DNA of 57,852 nucleotides from Alphaproteobacteria bacterium (GCA_009694085.1 SHVW01000003.1:1-57852), one strand, 5' to 3'. Positions 26,880-36,807 are shown, numbered from the stretch's first letter. Numbers and translations are program-made. Notes: a model not told the origin generated them from the letters alone.

Positions 26880-28208
26880 TTAGATCGAATTGCCCCGGCC
26901 TGGAATCCAGCGCGTGCCGGCGAGCGGCACGCCGGCCATGGCGGCGGCCTCAATGGTCAGGGCCACCATATCCTCCGGCTCCAGATTGAGCAGATGGGAT
27001 TTGCCGCAGGCGCGGGCCAGAATCTGCATCTCCATCACCATGGTCGAGAGGTAGTTGCGCACCCGACGGGCACCCTGCTCGGGATCGAGGCGCTTTTGCA
27101 ACTCGTCATCCTGGGTGGTGATACCGACCGGGCAGCGCCCGGTATGGCAATGGTGGCAGGCGCCGGGCTCGGTGCCCAGCTTGCGGTAGTCCTCAATGTG
27201 TATGGGCTTGTTACAGTTGAGCGCGATCAGCGCTGCGGTGCCGATCGACACGGCATCCGCGCCTAGGGCTAGCGCCTTGGCCGCGTCGGCACCGTTGCGG
27301 ATGCCGCCGGACACGATCAACTGCACTTTACGGTGCATATCAAGCTCTTGGAGCGCCTCGACCGCCTCGCGCACTGCCGGCAATGTGGGAATACCGACAT
27401 TCTCGATGAATACATCCTGGGTGGCGCCGGTGCCGCCCTGCATGCCGTCGAGCACGATCACATCGGCCCCGGCCTTGACGCAGAGCGCCACGTCGAAGCG
27501 CGTGCGAGTCGCGCCGATCTTGACATAGATCGGCTTTTGCCAATCGGTGATCTCGCGCACTTCTTCGATCTTGATGGTCAGATCGTCCGGGCCGGTCCAG
27601 TCGGGATGGCGGCTGGCGCTACGCTGATCGATGCCGGTCGGCAGGGTGCGCATCTTGGCGACCCGTTCGGTAATCTTGAGGCCGAGCAGCATGCCGCCGC
27701 CGCCGGGCTTGGCGCCCTGGCCGATCACAATTTCGATGGCGTCGGCCCGGCGCAGATCGTCCGGGTTCATGCCATAACGCGAGGGCAGGAGCTGATAGAC
27801 CAACAGCTTGGAGGCGCGACGCTCCTCCTCGGTCATGCCGCCATCGCCCGTGGTGGTAGACGTGCCCGCCATGGTGGCGGCACGCCCCAACGCCTCTTTG
27901 GCATTGGCGCCCAGCGCGCCGAAGCTCATACCGGCGATGGTCACGGGCACATCGAGCTTGATCGGCTTCTTGGCATAGCGCGTGCCGAGCCAGACATCGG
28001 TTGCGCATTTCTCCCGATAGCCTTCGAGGGGATAGCGCGACACGGAGGCTCCGAGAAACACAAGGTCATCGAAAGTCGGCAACTGCCGCTTGGCGCCGAA
28101 GCCGCGGATGTCGTAAATGCCCTCGTCCGCCGCACGCTGAATCTCAGCGATCACCTCGGGCGGGAAGCTATGGGACAGTCGGTTGCGGCGCGGATCGTGC
28201 TCGGTCAT
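26880..28208 (-). CDS. mgsC: FMN-binding glutamate synthase-like subunit (N-methylglutamate synthase C, GlxD-like)
   Basis: AGMSFGAL, GQGAKPGGGG, DGMQGGTGA, CHHCHTGRCPVGI. Confidence 0.85.
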   Translation of the reverse strand: MTEHDPRRNRLSHSFPPEVIAEIQRAADEGIYDIRGFGAKRQLPTFDDLVFLGASVSRYPLEGYREKCATDVWLGTRYAKKPIKLDVPVTIAGMSFGALGANAKEALGRAATMAGTSTTTGDGGMTEEERRASKLLVYQLLPSRYGMNPDDLRRADAIEIVIGQGAKPGGGGMLLGLKITERVAKMRTLPTGIDQRSASRHPDWTGPDDLTIKIEEVREITDWQKPIYVKIGATRTRFDVALCVKAGADVIVLDGMQGGTGATQDVFIENVGIPTLPAVREAVEALQELDMHRKVQLIVSGGIRNGADAAKALALGADAVSIGTAALIALNCNKPIHIEDYRKLGTEPGACHHCHTGRCPVGITTQDDELQKRLDPEQGARRVRNYLSTMVMEMQILARACGKSHLLNLEPEDMVALTIEAAAMAGVPLAGTRWIPGRGNSI

Positions 28209-28216
28209 CTCCGCCC

Positions 28217-28939
28217 TCAATAGGATGCGGCGTGGTCGATGTGGAAATTGTACAGCTTGCGCGCCGAACCGAAGCGGCGAAAGCGTTCGGCATCACGATT
28301 CATGCCGGCACTAACCAAGAGCTTCGCCAGGGCGGCGCGATGCGTGTCGGTCATCTCTTTCTCGACGCAGTCCGATCCCAGGCTTGCTACCTTGCCGCCA
28401 ACAAAGATCTCGGCCTCATAGATCGAAACGCCCAGATCGGGTCCGGCATCGCCGCACACCACGAGATTGCCGGCCTGGGCCATGAAGGCGCTCATATGTC
28501 CGACCGCGCCGCCGACCACGATGTCGATGCCTTTCATGGAGATGCCGCAGCGCGAGGCGGCATCGCCTTCGATCACGAGAAGGCCGCCATGGCCCGACGC
28601 GCCGGCCGCCGCCGAGGCATTGCCGGTCACGCGCACCAGACCCGACATCATGTTCTCGGCGAGCCCGGTTCCGGCATGACCGTGCACGACGATCTCCGCC
28701 TGCTTGTTCATGCCGGCGCAGTAATAGCCGGCATGGCCCATGATGTGGACGGTGACCGGCCGGTCCAGCCCGACCGCCAGCGAATGCTTGCCCTTGGGAT
28801 TGAGCGCACGCCAGAACCGCTCATTGGTTTCGCGCGGCAAATCGTGCAGGCGCTGGTTCAGCGCCCGCGTTGTGACGCGGTCGAGGTCGATCTCGATGGC
28901 GCCGTCGCCGGCCGGTGCCCGCGCAACCGCAGCATTCAC
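28217..28939 (-). CDS. mgsB: GXGXG-domain subunit (N-methylglutamate synthase B, GlxC-like)
   Basis: GHAGYYCAGMN, GLAENMMSG, RCGISMKG. Confidence 0.85.
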   Translation of the reverse strand: MNAAVARAPAGDGAIEIDLDRVTTRALNQRLHDLPRETNERFWRALNPKGKHSLAVGLDRPVTVHIMGHAGYYCAGMNKQAEIVVHGHAGTGLAENMMSGLVRVTGNASAAAGASGHGGLLVIEGDAASRCGISMKGIDIVVGGAVGHMSAFMAQAGNLVVCGDAGPDLGVSIYEAEIFVGGKVASLGSDCVEKEMTDTHRAALAKLLVSAGMNRDAERFRRFGSARKLYNFHIDHAASY

Positions 28940-29835
28940 GCGCGACCCCAGCTATAGACGGTGGCGGGCTGCGGTTCCCACACACGCGCGCGGTCAGCGC
29001 CTGGCAACGGCGCGATCGAGCGATATTCCGACGCCATGGCAACCCATTCATCGGTCTCGGCCAGCACGGCGGGCTTGCAAGCGAAGGGATCGCGCAACAC
29101 GGCGAAGCCGTCCTTGGTGCCGACCGCGAAGGTGTAGAAGCCGTCGAGATCCTTGAGCGCCGAGGTCATAGCCTCCTTCAGCGTCGCGCCCTCGCGCATG
29201 CGCCAGGTCATGTAACCCGCGGCTACTTCGGTGTCGTTGTCAGTTTCGAAGGCGATGCCTTGGCGGCGCAGAGACACGCGCAGGCGGTTGTGATTGCTGA
29301 GCGAGCCGTTATGGACGAGGCAGAGGTCGAGCCCGGTAGAGAATGGGTGGGAGTGCTCCGTGGTCACCGCGCTCTCCGTCGCCATGCGGGTATGGCCGAT
29401 GGCGTGGGTGCCGGCGAGATGGGCGAGGTCGAAGCGCTTGGCCACATCGGCGGGCAGACCCATTTCCTTGAACAGCTCGATGCGCTCGCCGCAACCCATG
29501 ATGCGGATATCGGGATAGTGTGCGCCAAGCCATGCCCGCGCGGTTTCGATGGTGGCGGCCACGCGCAGCACGGCATGGCTGGCGCGCCGCTCGGTCTGCA
29601 CCGGCTTACCCGTCGCCTTGGCCAGGCCCTGGGACAGCTTCTTCCAGGCGAAAGCCGGATCGGCATGGTGAAGCGTAAGCTTGATGCGCCCTTTACCCGC
29701 AGGCTCGCGATAAACCGCGAATCCGGCGCTGTCGGGTCCGCGATCGCTCATACCGATCAGCATGGCGGCGAGATGGCTGCCCAGCTTCTTTTCCAGGCCC
29801 GGTTTCTTCAGGAATAACCCAACGATGCCGCACAT
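28936..29835 (-). CDS. mgsA: Class II glutamine amidotransferase subunit (N-methylglutamate synthase A, GlxB-like)
   Basis: MCGIVG N-terminal Cys, RGPDSAG, GHTRMATES, HNGSLSN. Confidence 0.87.
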   Translation of the reverse strand: MCGIVGLFLKKPGLEKKLGSHLAAMLIGMSDRGPDSAGFAVYREPAGKGRIKLTLHHADPAFAWKKLSQGLAKATGKPVQTERRASHAVLRVAATIETARAWLGAHYPDIRIMGCGERIELFKEMGLPADVAKRFDLAHLAGTHAIGHTRMATESAVTTEHSHPFSTGLDLCLVHNGSLSNHNRLRVSLRRQGIAFETDNDTEVAAGYMTWRMREGATLKEAMTSALKDLDGFYTFAVGTKDGFAVLRDPFACKPAVLAETDEWVAMASEYRSIAPLPGADRARVWEPQPATVYSWGRA

Positions 29836-29902
29836 GGCGCCTCACCCAACCTTGCCGATAGATGACGGCACATTAAGCAAGGGCCCCCCGTTTTGCAATA
29901 GG

Positions 29903-29917
29903 TGAAAAACGGTTCAC
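29903..29917. promoter_or_regulatory. Palindrome GTGAA-N5-TTCAC upstream of the mgsABC-gmaS promoter
   Basis: GTGAA AACGG TTCAC, just upstream (minus-strand sense) of a TTGCAA...TAATGT sigma70-like pair; coordinates may be off by 1. Confidence 0.55.
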
Positions 29918-29932
29918 TCCGGGGAATGCGCC

Positions 29933-30577
29933 CTACTCCTCCCGCTCCCCGCCGGTGATCACAGAGAGCAGGCGCACGGGAAGCTGCAACAGCTCCTCCG
30001 GCCCATGGGGTGCGTCGGAATCGAAGAACAGGGAGTCGCCGAGCCCCATCTTGTAGGTGCGGTTACCGTGGCGATAGATGACCTGGCCCTCCAGAACGTA
30101 GATGAACTCGACGCCGGAGTGCTGGAACAGCGGGAAGACCTCGGATTTCTCTGTCAAGGTGACGATATAGGGCTCGACCGAGACCTTGTTGCGCCCGCTA
30201 TGGCCGAGCAACTGGTATTGATGGCCGACGCGCGAACCGCGCCGCTCGATCGACAGCCCCTTGCCGGCCATGACGAAGGTGGCGTCGCGCTGCTCCTCGA
30301 ATTTGCGGAAGAACGAGGTCACGGGCACGTTGAGCGCCCGCGACAGCGCACGCAGCGTGGCAAGCGAGGGCGAGGTCATGCCGTTCTCGATCTTGGACAG
30401 CATACCCACGGAAATCCGGGCGAGCTTGGCGACTTCGGCCACCGTCATATCCAGCTTCTGGCGGAACTCGCGCACCTGGCGGCCGATGGCGGCCTCCAGC
30501 TCGTTTTCGCGCTCGCCGGCGGTCTCGACCGGGCCGAACACGCTAGGCGTGATCCCGAGCTTGGACTGATCGACCAT
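29933..30577 (-). CDS. XRE-family HTH regulator with C-terminal cupin
   Basis: LSKIENGMTSPSL HTH; FQHSGVEFIYVLEG, FDSDAPHGP. Confidence 0.92.
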   Translation of the reverse strand: MVDQSKLGITPSVFGPVETAGERENELEAAIGRQVREFRQKLDMTVAEVAKLARISVGMLSKIENGMTSPSLATLRALSRALNVPVTSFFRKFEEQRDATFVMAGKGLSIERRGSRVGHQYQLLGHSGRNKVSVEPYIVTLTEKSEVFPLFQHSGVEFIYVLEGQVIYRHGNRTYKMGLGDSLFFDSDAPHGPEELLQLPVRLLSVITGGEREE

Positions 30578-30584
30578 GACACTC

Positions 30585-30615
30585 CTATCCGGGGAAACTG
30601 CGTTTACCCGGATAG
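30585..30615. promoter_or_regulatory. 31-bp imperfect palindrome abutting the RBS of the XRE-cupin gene
   Basis: CTATCCGGG-G-AAAC-TGC-GTTT-A-CCCGGATAG. Confidence 0.6.
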
Positions 30616-30664
30616 CCTAGGGCGGAGGGCGCCCTGGCGCCATCCGAAAATGGCGATCTATCGA

Positions 30665-31438
30665 TCACGGTTCCGCGACAAATCGCGCGAAATCGACGGC
30701 CAGATCGGCCGTGGCCGCCTCCACCAGCCGCCGTCCATGATCCGGCATGGCCAGTGCGGGGTCGGACCCGATGCGGCCATCGGGAAAGTCGCGCCGGTGG
30801 GTCGCGGCATCGTAGTGGTTGTCGCCGCCATGATCGGCGAGGAAACCCGCCGAGACCTGCCTCGGCGGCGTCATGGCCGCCCGCTTGATGCGGTCGGGAT
30901 AGGCGTGCTGGGCAATCGCCACCTCGCTCGGCGTCACATGCATCCCCTCCCACGCGCTGTAGAGGTCGCGGCGCAACCGATCCACATTCGGCAGCTCCCA
31001 CCAACTGCGCAAGCGGCAGCGGATTGGCGCTTCCGTGCCGGCAGGGTCGAAACTCCAGCCGCCATAGATGTCCTGAAAGGCGGCGCGCAAGGGCGCGACA
31101 TTGCCGCCATGGCCGTTGAGGAAATAGACCCGGCGAAAGCCATGACGCGCCAGGGAGGCGACAATGTCTTCCACCATGGCAATCAGCGTTTTTGCGCGCA
31201 CCGAGATGGTGCCGGGAAAGCCCAGGTTGAACTGGGCCACGCCCAGCGTCATGGTCGGCGCAACCAGAACCCCATGGGCGCGCGCAAAGGCGTGAGCGAT
31301 GGTTTCCGGGCAAATTGAATCCGTACCGATCAGGCCTACCGGCCCATGTTGTTCGGTCGAGCCGATGGGCACGACGATGCCGGTGGAGCGAGCGAGATAG
31401 GCTTCGACCTCGGCCCAGGTCGCAAGTTGAAGCAGCAT
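30665..31438 (-). CDS. Creatininase/amidohydrolase family protein
   Basis: PIGSTEQHG, GTDS, LNGHGGN, MHVTPSE. Confidence 0.88.
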   Translation of the reverse strand: MLLQLATWAEVEAYLARSTGIVVPIGSTEQHGPVGLIGTDSICPETIAHAFARAHGVLVAPTMTLGVAQFNLGFPGTISVRAKTLIAMVEDIVASLARHGFRRVYFLNGHGGNVAPLRAAFQDIYGGWSFDPAGTEAPIRCRLRSWWELPNVDRLRRDLYSAWEGMHVTPSEVAIAQHAYPDRIKRAAMTPPRQVSAGFLADHGGDNHYDAATHRRDFPDGRIGSDPALAMPDHGRRLVEAATADLAVDFARFVAEP

Positions 31439-31512
31439 GGGAAGGACCTCATGCGCCGGATGCGCTGGCTATGCTAGCGTGCCACTCACGGTTTCAGCCA
31501 CAGGAGTTCGCC

Positions 31513-31968
31513 ATGGCGCGCAAGACCCACACCACCGGCCGGCCCTGGGAGGCGATGGGCGGCTATGCCCGTGCCGTGCGAGTCGGCGATCTCGTGGAAA
31601 CCAGCCTGTGCTCGCCCGCCAGCGATGACGGCACCATCCTGTTTCCCGGCGACGTCTACCGCCAGACTCAAATCTCACTCCAGGTGATCGGCAAATCGCT
31701 GCGCGCGTTGAGCATGGATTTCAAGGACGTGATCAAGACCCGCATCTATCTGGCCGATGCCACGCGCTGGACCGAAGCCGCGCGTGCCCACAAGGAGGTG
31801 TTCGACCGGATCCGGCCAGCCCTTGGCTTTATATATATGAGCGGCTTCTTCCATCCCGACATCGCGGTCGAGGTGGAATGCACGGCCTACCGGCCGGGTA
31901 GAGCGAAAGCGGCGCCGGCGAAAAAGAAAACGGCGGCGCGACCGAAGCTGCACCGCCGTTCTCGTTAG
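31513..31968 (+). CDS. RidA/YjgF family protein with a basic Lys/Ala-rich tail
   Basis: AGGAG RBS; WEAMGGYARAVRVG, DVIKTRIYL, VEVEC; tail AKAAPAKKKTAARPKLHRRSR. Confidence 0.85.
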   Translation: MARKTHTTGRPWEAMGGYARAVRVGDLVETSLCSPASDDGTILFPGDVYRQTQISLQVIGKSLRALSMDFKDVIKTRIYLADATRWTEAARAHKEVFDRIRPALGFIYMSGFFHPDIAVEVECTAYRPGRAKAAPAKKKTAARPKLHRRSR

Positions 31969-31978
31969 CTCGGGATCG

Positions 31979-32785
31979 TTAGCTCGCCGGCTGGCCCTGG
32001 ATGTTCCATTTCTTGTTCAGATCGGCCATGTAGCCGTTCTGCTTAAGGATAGAAAGCCAGTTGTTCAGGAAGTTGAGCCAGACCATGTCATCGATCCGGG
32101 TCATGAACACGACGGGCAGCGCGTTGCGCACCTGGTCGGGGAACAGGAGCTGTAGGTTCGGATAGCGCTGGGTCAGCTCCGCGCCCTCCAGGATGCTGGT
32201 CATGGTCACGTCGACGCGCCCGGCCAACAGCTCCTGCCAATCGCGCGCCGGCGATTCCACCTTGCGCGTCTTGGCCTTGGGCAGCTGCTCCTCGACGAAT
32301 TCGGCGAAGGTGGTGCCCAGATTGAACCCGATCATGACGTTCGGATTGTTCAGATCGTCCCAACTCTTGAACTTGTCTGCGTTCTTCTTCTGAACGAGCG
32401 GCATGAAACCGGTCAGGCCCCAAGGAATGGTGAAGCCCGCCACCTTGGCGCGCGGTATGTTCATCGAGGTGCCGGTCATGACGATGTCGTATTTGTCGGC
32501 GACGACGCCGTTGAGCAGCGTCTTCCAATCGGTTAACACGTATTCGACCTTGACGCCCAAATCCTTGCCGAGCCGTTCCGCCAAATCGATCTGGTGGCCC
32601 TCGAACTTGTTGGTCTCGGGATTGCGCCAGCTCATCGGCTTGAAGTCGCCGGTGGTCCCGATCCGCACCACGCCGGCATCAAGCACCTTGTTGAGCGTCG
32701 ATTTCTGCTGCTGAGCATCGGCTTGACTGACGCCGAAGAGCGCCAGCGCCGCGCCGAGCGTTGAAGCGATTGCCCAATTTCTCAT
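31979..32785 (-). CDS. Polar amino-acid ABC substrate-binding protein (family 3)
   Basis: Signal peptide; VRIGTTGDFKPMS, GHQIDLA, DWKTLL, GRVDV. Confidence 0.9.
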   Translation of the reverse strand: MRNWAIASTLGAALALFGVSQADAQQQKSTLNKVLDAGVVRIGTTGDFKPMSWRNPETNKFEGHQIDLAERLGKDLGVKVEYVLTDWKTLLNGVVADKYDIVMTGTSMNIPRAKVAGFTIPWGLTGFMPLVQKKNADKFKSWDDLNNPNVMIGFNLGTTFAEFVEEQLPKAKTRKVESPARDWQELLAGRVDVTMTSILEGAELTQRYPNLQLLFPDQVRNALPVVFMTRIDDMVWLNFLNNWLSILKQNGYMADLNKKWNIQGQPAS

Positions 32786-32824
32786 GTCACGTCCTCCTGT
32801 TCCATCCGGTTTATTTGTTTGTGG

Positions 32825-34141
32825 CTAACCCTGTCGCCCCGCCACATGATCCGCCGCCACCGCCCGGATGCGCGCCGCGCGCGCGGCATGGCCGACCGAT
32901 TTATCTTCGAGCATAGCAGCAACCAGCGCTCGACCAAAAGCCATAAGAACGGCCTCGTCGTCGCCGGCGCCCTGGGGCAGCGGTAAGACGCTGTCCTGCG
33001 TATAGGTTGGGATCACATCATCCGTCGCTGGTTGATCGAGCCGACCTTCCCGCGCCAGCCGGCGAATTCCCTGGCGCACGAGTTGGCGTAGCATCGCCAC
33101 GCCGCGATCGCTCGATGCCAAATTCTCCAGCCCGTGGACCGCAATTGGGCGTTGAGACACTTGCGCCTCGTAATCGCCGGGTTGGCGCTGAACCTCCTCG
33201 TAGGGTCGAGGCTCGCCCTGGCCCATGAAATCGATCGAGCCGAACCCGACTTTGGCCCGATCGCCCTGATCGCGCGGATCGACGTCGCGGCCGAACCAGC
33301 GCCAACCCAGGATCGCCGTATCGGTGTCGTCGACCGGTACGACCCAGCGCGTGATGCCAACGCGCTGAAAGACCTTCTCGGCCTCGGCCTCTTCCCAGAT
33401 CGCGCCGGTCTGATTGGCGTTGGGTAGCATGCATTCGACCGTGCGCACCCAGGCCCGCCCGCCCATGCGCCTGACCTGAAGGTTCATCATGCCGAGCGGC
33501 GTGGGCATGAAATCGTAGAGCTGCCGGACCGCATTGGATTGGGCAAACTGCACGCCGGTCGCCTGCGCGTGCAGGTGGAGCACATGAACCGGGTCTTGGG
33601 TATTCTCGTAAACCTGTAGCCAGTTACATGGGATGGTCAGGTGAAACGGCACCGCTTCGATGCCAGGCAAGCCATAGGTGTCGTAGATCGGAAAATCTGG
33701 TGCCGTGCCCGGCGGCCCCATATAGGCGAAAACCACACCGCGATACTCTCGCGTGGGATAGGCGCCATGGATCACCTTGTCGCGGATGCGACTACCCGAT
33801 GCCTCGCCGGGGATATCCAACACCGTGCCGTCGCAGGCATAGTGCCAACCGTGATAGCAGCACGAAATGCCGCGCTCGCGGATGACGCCGTATTCGAGCG
33901 AAGCACCGCGATGGCTGCAATGGCGATTGAGCAACCCGATGGCGCCGGAGCCGTCGCGGAAGACGACGAGGTCCTCGCCCATCATACGCACGGCCACCGG
34001 CAAATCCTCCAGCCGGTTCGCCATGATCACGGGCTGCCAGATGCGGCGCAGATATTCCCCGCATGGCGTCCCGGGGCCGATCTGTGTGAGTTCCGGATCG
34101 GCCGCGGGTACGGCGCGCCTCATGTAGCCCTGAAATGCCAT
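32825..34141 (-). CDS. Rieske non-heme iron oxygenase, alpha subunit (phthalate dioxygenase-like group)
   Basis: CSHRG...CCYHGW Rieske ligands; ENTQDPVHVLHLH mononuclear iron site; GPGTPCGEYLRRIWQP. Confidence 0.9.
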   Translation of the reverse strand: MAFQGYMRRAVPAADPELTQIGPGTPCGEYLRRIWQPVIMANRLEDLPVAVRMMGEDLVVFRDGSGAIGLLNRHCSHRGASLEYGVIRERGISCCYHGWHYACDGTVLDIPGEASGSRIRDKVIHGAYPTREYRGVVFAYMGPPGTAPDFPIYDTYGLPGIEAVPFHLTIPCNWLQVYENTQDPVHVLHLHAQATGVQFAQSNAVRQLYDFMPTPLGMMNLQVRRMGGRAWVRTVECMLPNANQTGAIWEEAEAEKVFQRVGITRWVVPVDDTDTAILGWRWFGRDVDPRDQGDRAKVGFGSIDFMGQGEPRPYEEVQRQPGDYEAQVSQRPIAVHGLENLASSDRGVAMLRQLVRQGIRRLAREGRLDQPATDDVIPTYTQDSVLPLPQGAGDDEAVLMAFGRALVAAMLEDKSVGHAARAARIRAVAADHVAGRQG

Positions 34142-34306
34142 GGTGCAATACTCGACGTTGGGGCCGGCGCCGTCGAGTGAATTGGCTTCATGAGGTTCTG
34201 ATGCCGCTTCATGGCCGGGCAACCCGCCCATGGTCATTGCATTTCCGGGCATAAACGGCTTTGCTGGTCAAAAGCCGCCATCGGCAACGAACAGGGGATT
34301 TCAGGA

Positions 34307-35062
34307 ATGACCGTATCGGCGGCTGGCCAGGCCATCATCGAGATGACCGGCGTCAACAAATGGTTCGGCAAATTTCAAGCCCTCAAGGGCATCGATCTGA
34401 CCGTGCGCCTGGGTCAGAAGGTGGTGGTGTGCGGGCCGTCGGGCTCGGGCAAATCGACTATGATCCGCTGCATCAATCGCCTGGAAAATCACGATGAAGG
34501 CCGTATCGTCGTCGATGGCATCGAACTTAACGACGACATGAAGAACGTTACCGCCATTCGCCGCGAGGTCGGCATGGTGTTTCAACAATTCAATCTGTTC
34601 CCCCATTTAAGCGTGCTGCAAAACCTCAGCCTCGCCCCCATGCGCGCGCGCGGCATGGCGCGCAAAGAGGCAGAAGAACTCGCCATGCTCTATCTTGAGC
34701 GCGTGCGCATTCCCGAGCAGGCCAAGAAATATCCGGGACAGCTTTCCGGCGGTCAGCAGCAGCGTGTCGCCATAGCACGCTCGCTGTGCATGCGACCCAA
34801 GATCATGCTGTTCGACGAGCCGACCTCGGCGTTGGATCCCGAGATGATCAAGGAAGTGCTCGACGTCATGATCGAGTTGGCGCGCGACGGCATGACCATG
34901 GTCGTGGTCACCCACGAGATGGGTTTTGCCCGCACGGTCGCCGACGACATGGTGTTCATGGATCACGGCGAAATCGTCGAACAGGCCCCACCCCAGGATT
35001 TCTTCGCCAATCCGCGGAGCGACCGGGCGAAACTGTTCCTCAGCCAGATTCTTTCGCATTGA
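34307..35062 (+). CDS. Polar amino-acid ABC transporter ATP-binding protein
   Basis: [40 protein letters not shown]. Confidence 0.95.
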   Translation: MTVSAAGQAIIEMTGVNKWFGKFQALKGIDLTVRLGQKVVVCGPSGSGKSTMIRCINRLENHDEGRIVVDGIELNDDMKNVTAIRREVGMVFQQFNLFPHLSVLQNLSLAPMRARGMARKEAEELAMLYLERVRIPEQAKKYPGQLSGGQQQRVAIARSLCMRPKIMLFDEPTSALDPEMIKEVLDVMIELARDGMTMVVVTHEMGFARTVADDMVFMDHGEIVEQAPPQDFFANPRSDRAKLFLSQILSH

Positions 35063-35085
35063 GCCCTGGCATGCTTGGTATTTCG

Positions 35086-35868
35086 ATGGCCGTGCGCACC
35101 TTCGCCGCGTTTGCGTTGTGCGCCGTCCTCCTGACGCTCGTAGGCTGTGGGCAATCGTCCTACACCTGGGGCTGGTATGTGGTTTGGCCTGGCACGGCGC
35201 AAGGCCAGCGCAATATTGGTTTCCTGCTGACCGGACTGACCAATACGATCACCGTCTCGGTCACCGCGATTCTGTGCTCGGTCACGATCGGCTTGATCGT
35301 CGGCTTGCTCGGCATCGCCAAGCATCGCGGCGCGCGCGCATTCAATCGAGGCTATGTCGAGATCGTGCGCGCCGTGCCGATCCTGGTGCTCGTGCTCTGG
35401 GTTTATTACGGCCTGCCCGTGCTATTCGAAAGCATGGGGTTGAATGTCAATTTCGACGTCTTCACCTCTGGCGTGGTTGCCCTGGCGCTCAGCGACAGCG
35501 CCTTCGAGGCCGAGATATTCCGAGCCGGCATTCAGTCGATCGATCGAGGCCAGCACGAGGCCTCGGACAGCATGGGCCTGACCTACATGGACAAGATGCG
35601 CTTCGTCATCTTGCCGCAAGCCATTCGGCGCATCCTGCCGCCCCTAGGCAACCAGTTCGTCTACATGCTGAAGATGTCGTCGCTGGTTTCGGTTATCGGC
35701 ATGACCGAGTTGACCCGGCGCGCCAACGAATTGGTCGTCGCCGAGTACCGACCGCTCGAAATTTACACCTTCTTGGTGTTGGAATACTTGGCACTGATCC
35801 TAGTGGTGTCATATCTGGTGCGCCGGTTGGAGCGCTGGATGGGCAATCCCAGCGAGCGCGGGCGCTAG
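35086..35868 (+). CDS. Polar amino-acid ABC transporter permease with lipobox-like N-terminus
   Basis: YVEIVRAVPILV, AEIFRAGIQSIDRGQHEA, LPQAIRRILPPLGN; start could also be 35071. Confidence 0.92.
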   Translation: MAVRTFAAFALCAVLLTLVGCGQSSYTWGWYVVWPGTAQGQRNIGFLLTGLTNTITVSVTAILCSVTIGLIVGLLGIAKHRGARAFNRGYVEIVRAVPILVLVLWVYYGLPVLFESMGLNVNFDVFTSGVVALALSDSAFEAEIFRAGIQSIDRGQHEASDSMGLTYMDKMRFVILPQAIRRILPPLGNQFVYMLKMSSLVSVIGMTELTRRANELVVAEYRPLEIYTFLVLEYLALILVVSYLVRRLERWMGNPSERGR

Positions 35869-36794
35869 CGCTTGGCCGGCTCGCGTCCGGCTTCCTCCAG
35901 AAGCCAGGATCGGAATTGGGCGACCTTCTTCCGCTCCAACGCCTTTTTCGGGCAAACGATGTAGTAGGCGTAGCCCGAGGGCACGTTGGGCCCGAACGGC
36001 CTGACCAAACGGCCGGCCGCTAGATCGTCCTGTACCAGGGCGGTGCGGCCGAGGGCCACGCCAAGGCCATCGGCCGCAGCCTGGAGCACCACATCGGCCT
36101 GGCCGAAGCGCCGACCGCGCGCGGGATCGACGCTGGTCACGCCGGCCGCCTCCAGCCACATCGCCCAGCCCGGCTGAATACCGGCGAGTGGCACGATATC
36201 GTCATGCAACAATACGTGGTTCGCCAGATCGGCCGGCTGGCGTAGCGCCCGGGGCCCGCGCATCAATTTCGGCGCGCAGACCGGAAACATCTCCTCACCC
36301 ATAAGGCGCTCGACCGCCAAACCGGCATAGCGTCCGATGCCGTAGCAGATGGCCAGATCGGCCTCGCTGGCCGCGAAGTCGACGAGCTGCATGGTGGTCG
36401 CCATATTGATTTGAATCTCGGGATGGCGCTGATCAAAGCGGATCAGGCGTGGGAACAGCCACTTCACGGCGAAGCCGGGCAGTAGACTGACCGTGAGCAT
36501 TCCATCGTCGCGCCGCTCGCGCAATCCGGCGACGGCCTCGGCAATCCGGCTCAGCCCGTCGCGCACCGCCTCTGCTAGGCGTTGGCCTTCGGCGGTCAGG
36601 CGTGGCTGGCGCGGCTGGCGCAGGAAGAGTTGGAGGCCAAGCCGATCCTCCAGACTTCGGATCTGATGGCTGATGGCGCTTTGGGTGAGGCCGAGTTCTT
36701 CCGCCGCGCGCGTGAAGTTCATATGACGCGCCGCAGCCTCGAAAGCACGCATGGACGGGATCGGCGGCAAGTGGCGGAAAAGTGTGTTTGCCAT
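35865..36794 (-). CDS. LysR-family regulator, GcvA type
   Basis: LRAFEAAARH-like start, NFTRAAEELGLTQSAISHQIR, KWLFPRL, LLHDD. Confidence 0.93.
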   Translation of the reverse strand: MANTLFRHLPPIPSMRAFEAAARHMNFTRAAEELGLTQSAISHQIRSLEDRLGLQLFLRQPRQPRLTAEGQRLAEAVRDGLSRIAEAVAGLRERRDDGMLTVSLLPGFAVKWLFPRLIRFDQRHPEIQINMATTMQLVDFAASEADLAICYGIGRYAGLAVERLMGEEMFPVCAPKLMRGPRALRQPADLANHVLLHDDIVPLAGIQPGWAMWLEAAGVTSVDPARGRRFGQADVVLQAAADGLGVALGRTALVQDDLAAGRLVRPFGPNVPSGYAYYIVCPKKALERKKVAQFRSWLLEEAGREPAKR

Positions 36795-36807
36795 GAATTG
36801 TTCTCAT
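36793..36807. promoter_or_regulatory. LysR recognition box ATGA-N7-TCAT (T-N11-A) overlapping the regulator start codon
   Basis: ATGA ATTGTTC TCAT; a TTGCAA-N16-TAGACT promoter-like pair follows towards the divergent operon. Confidence 0.6.
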
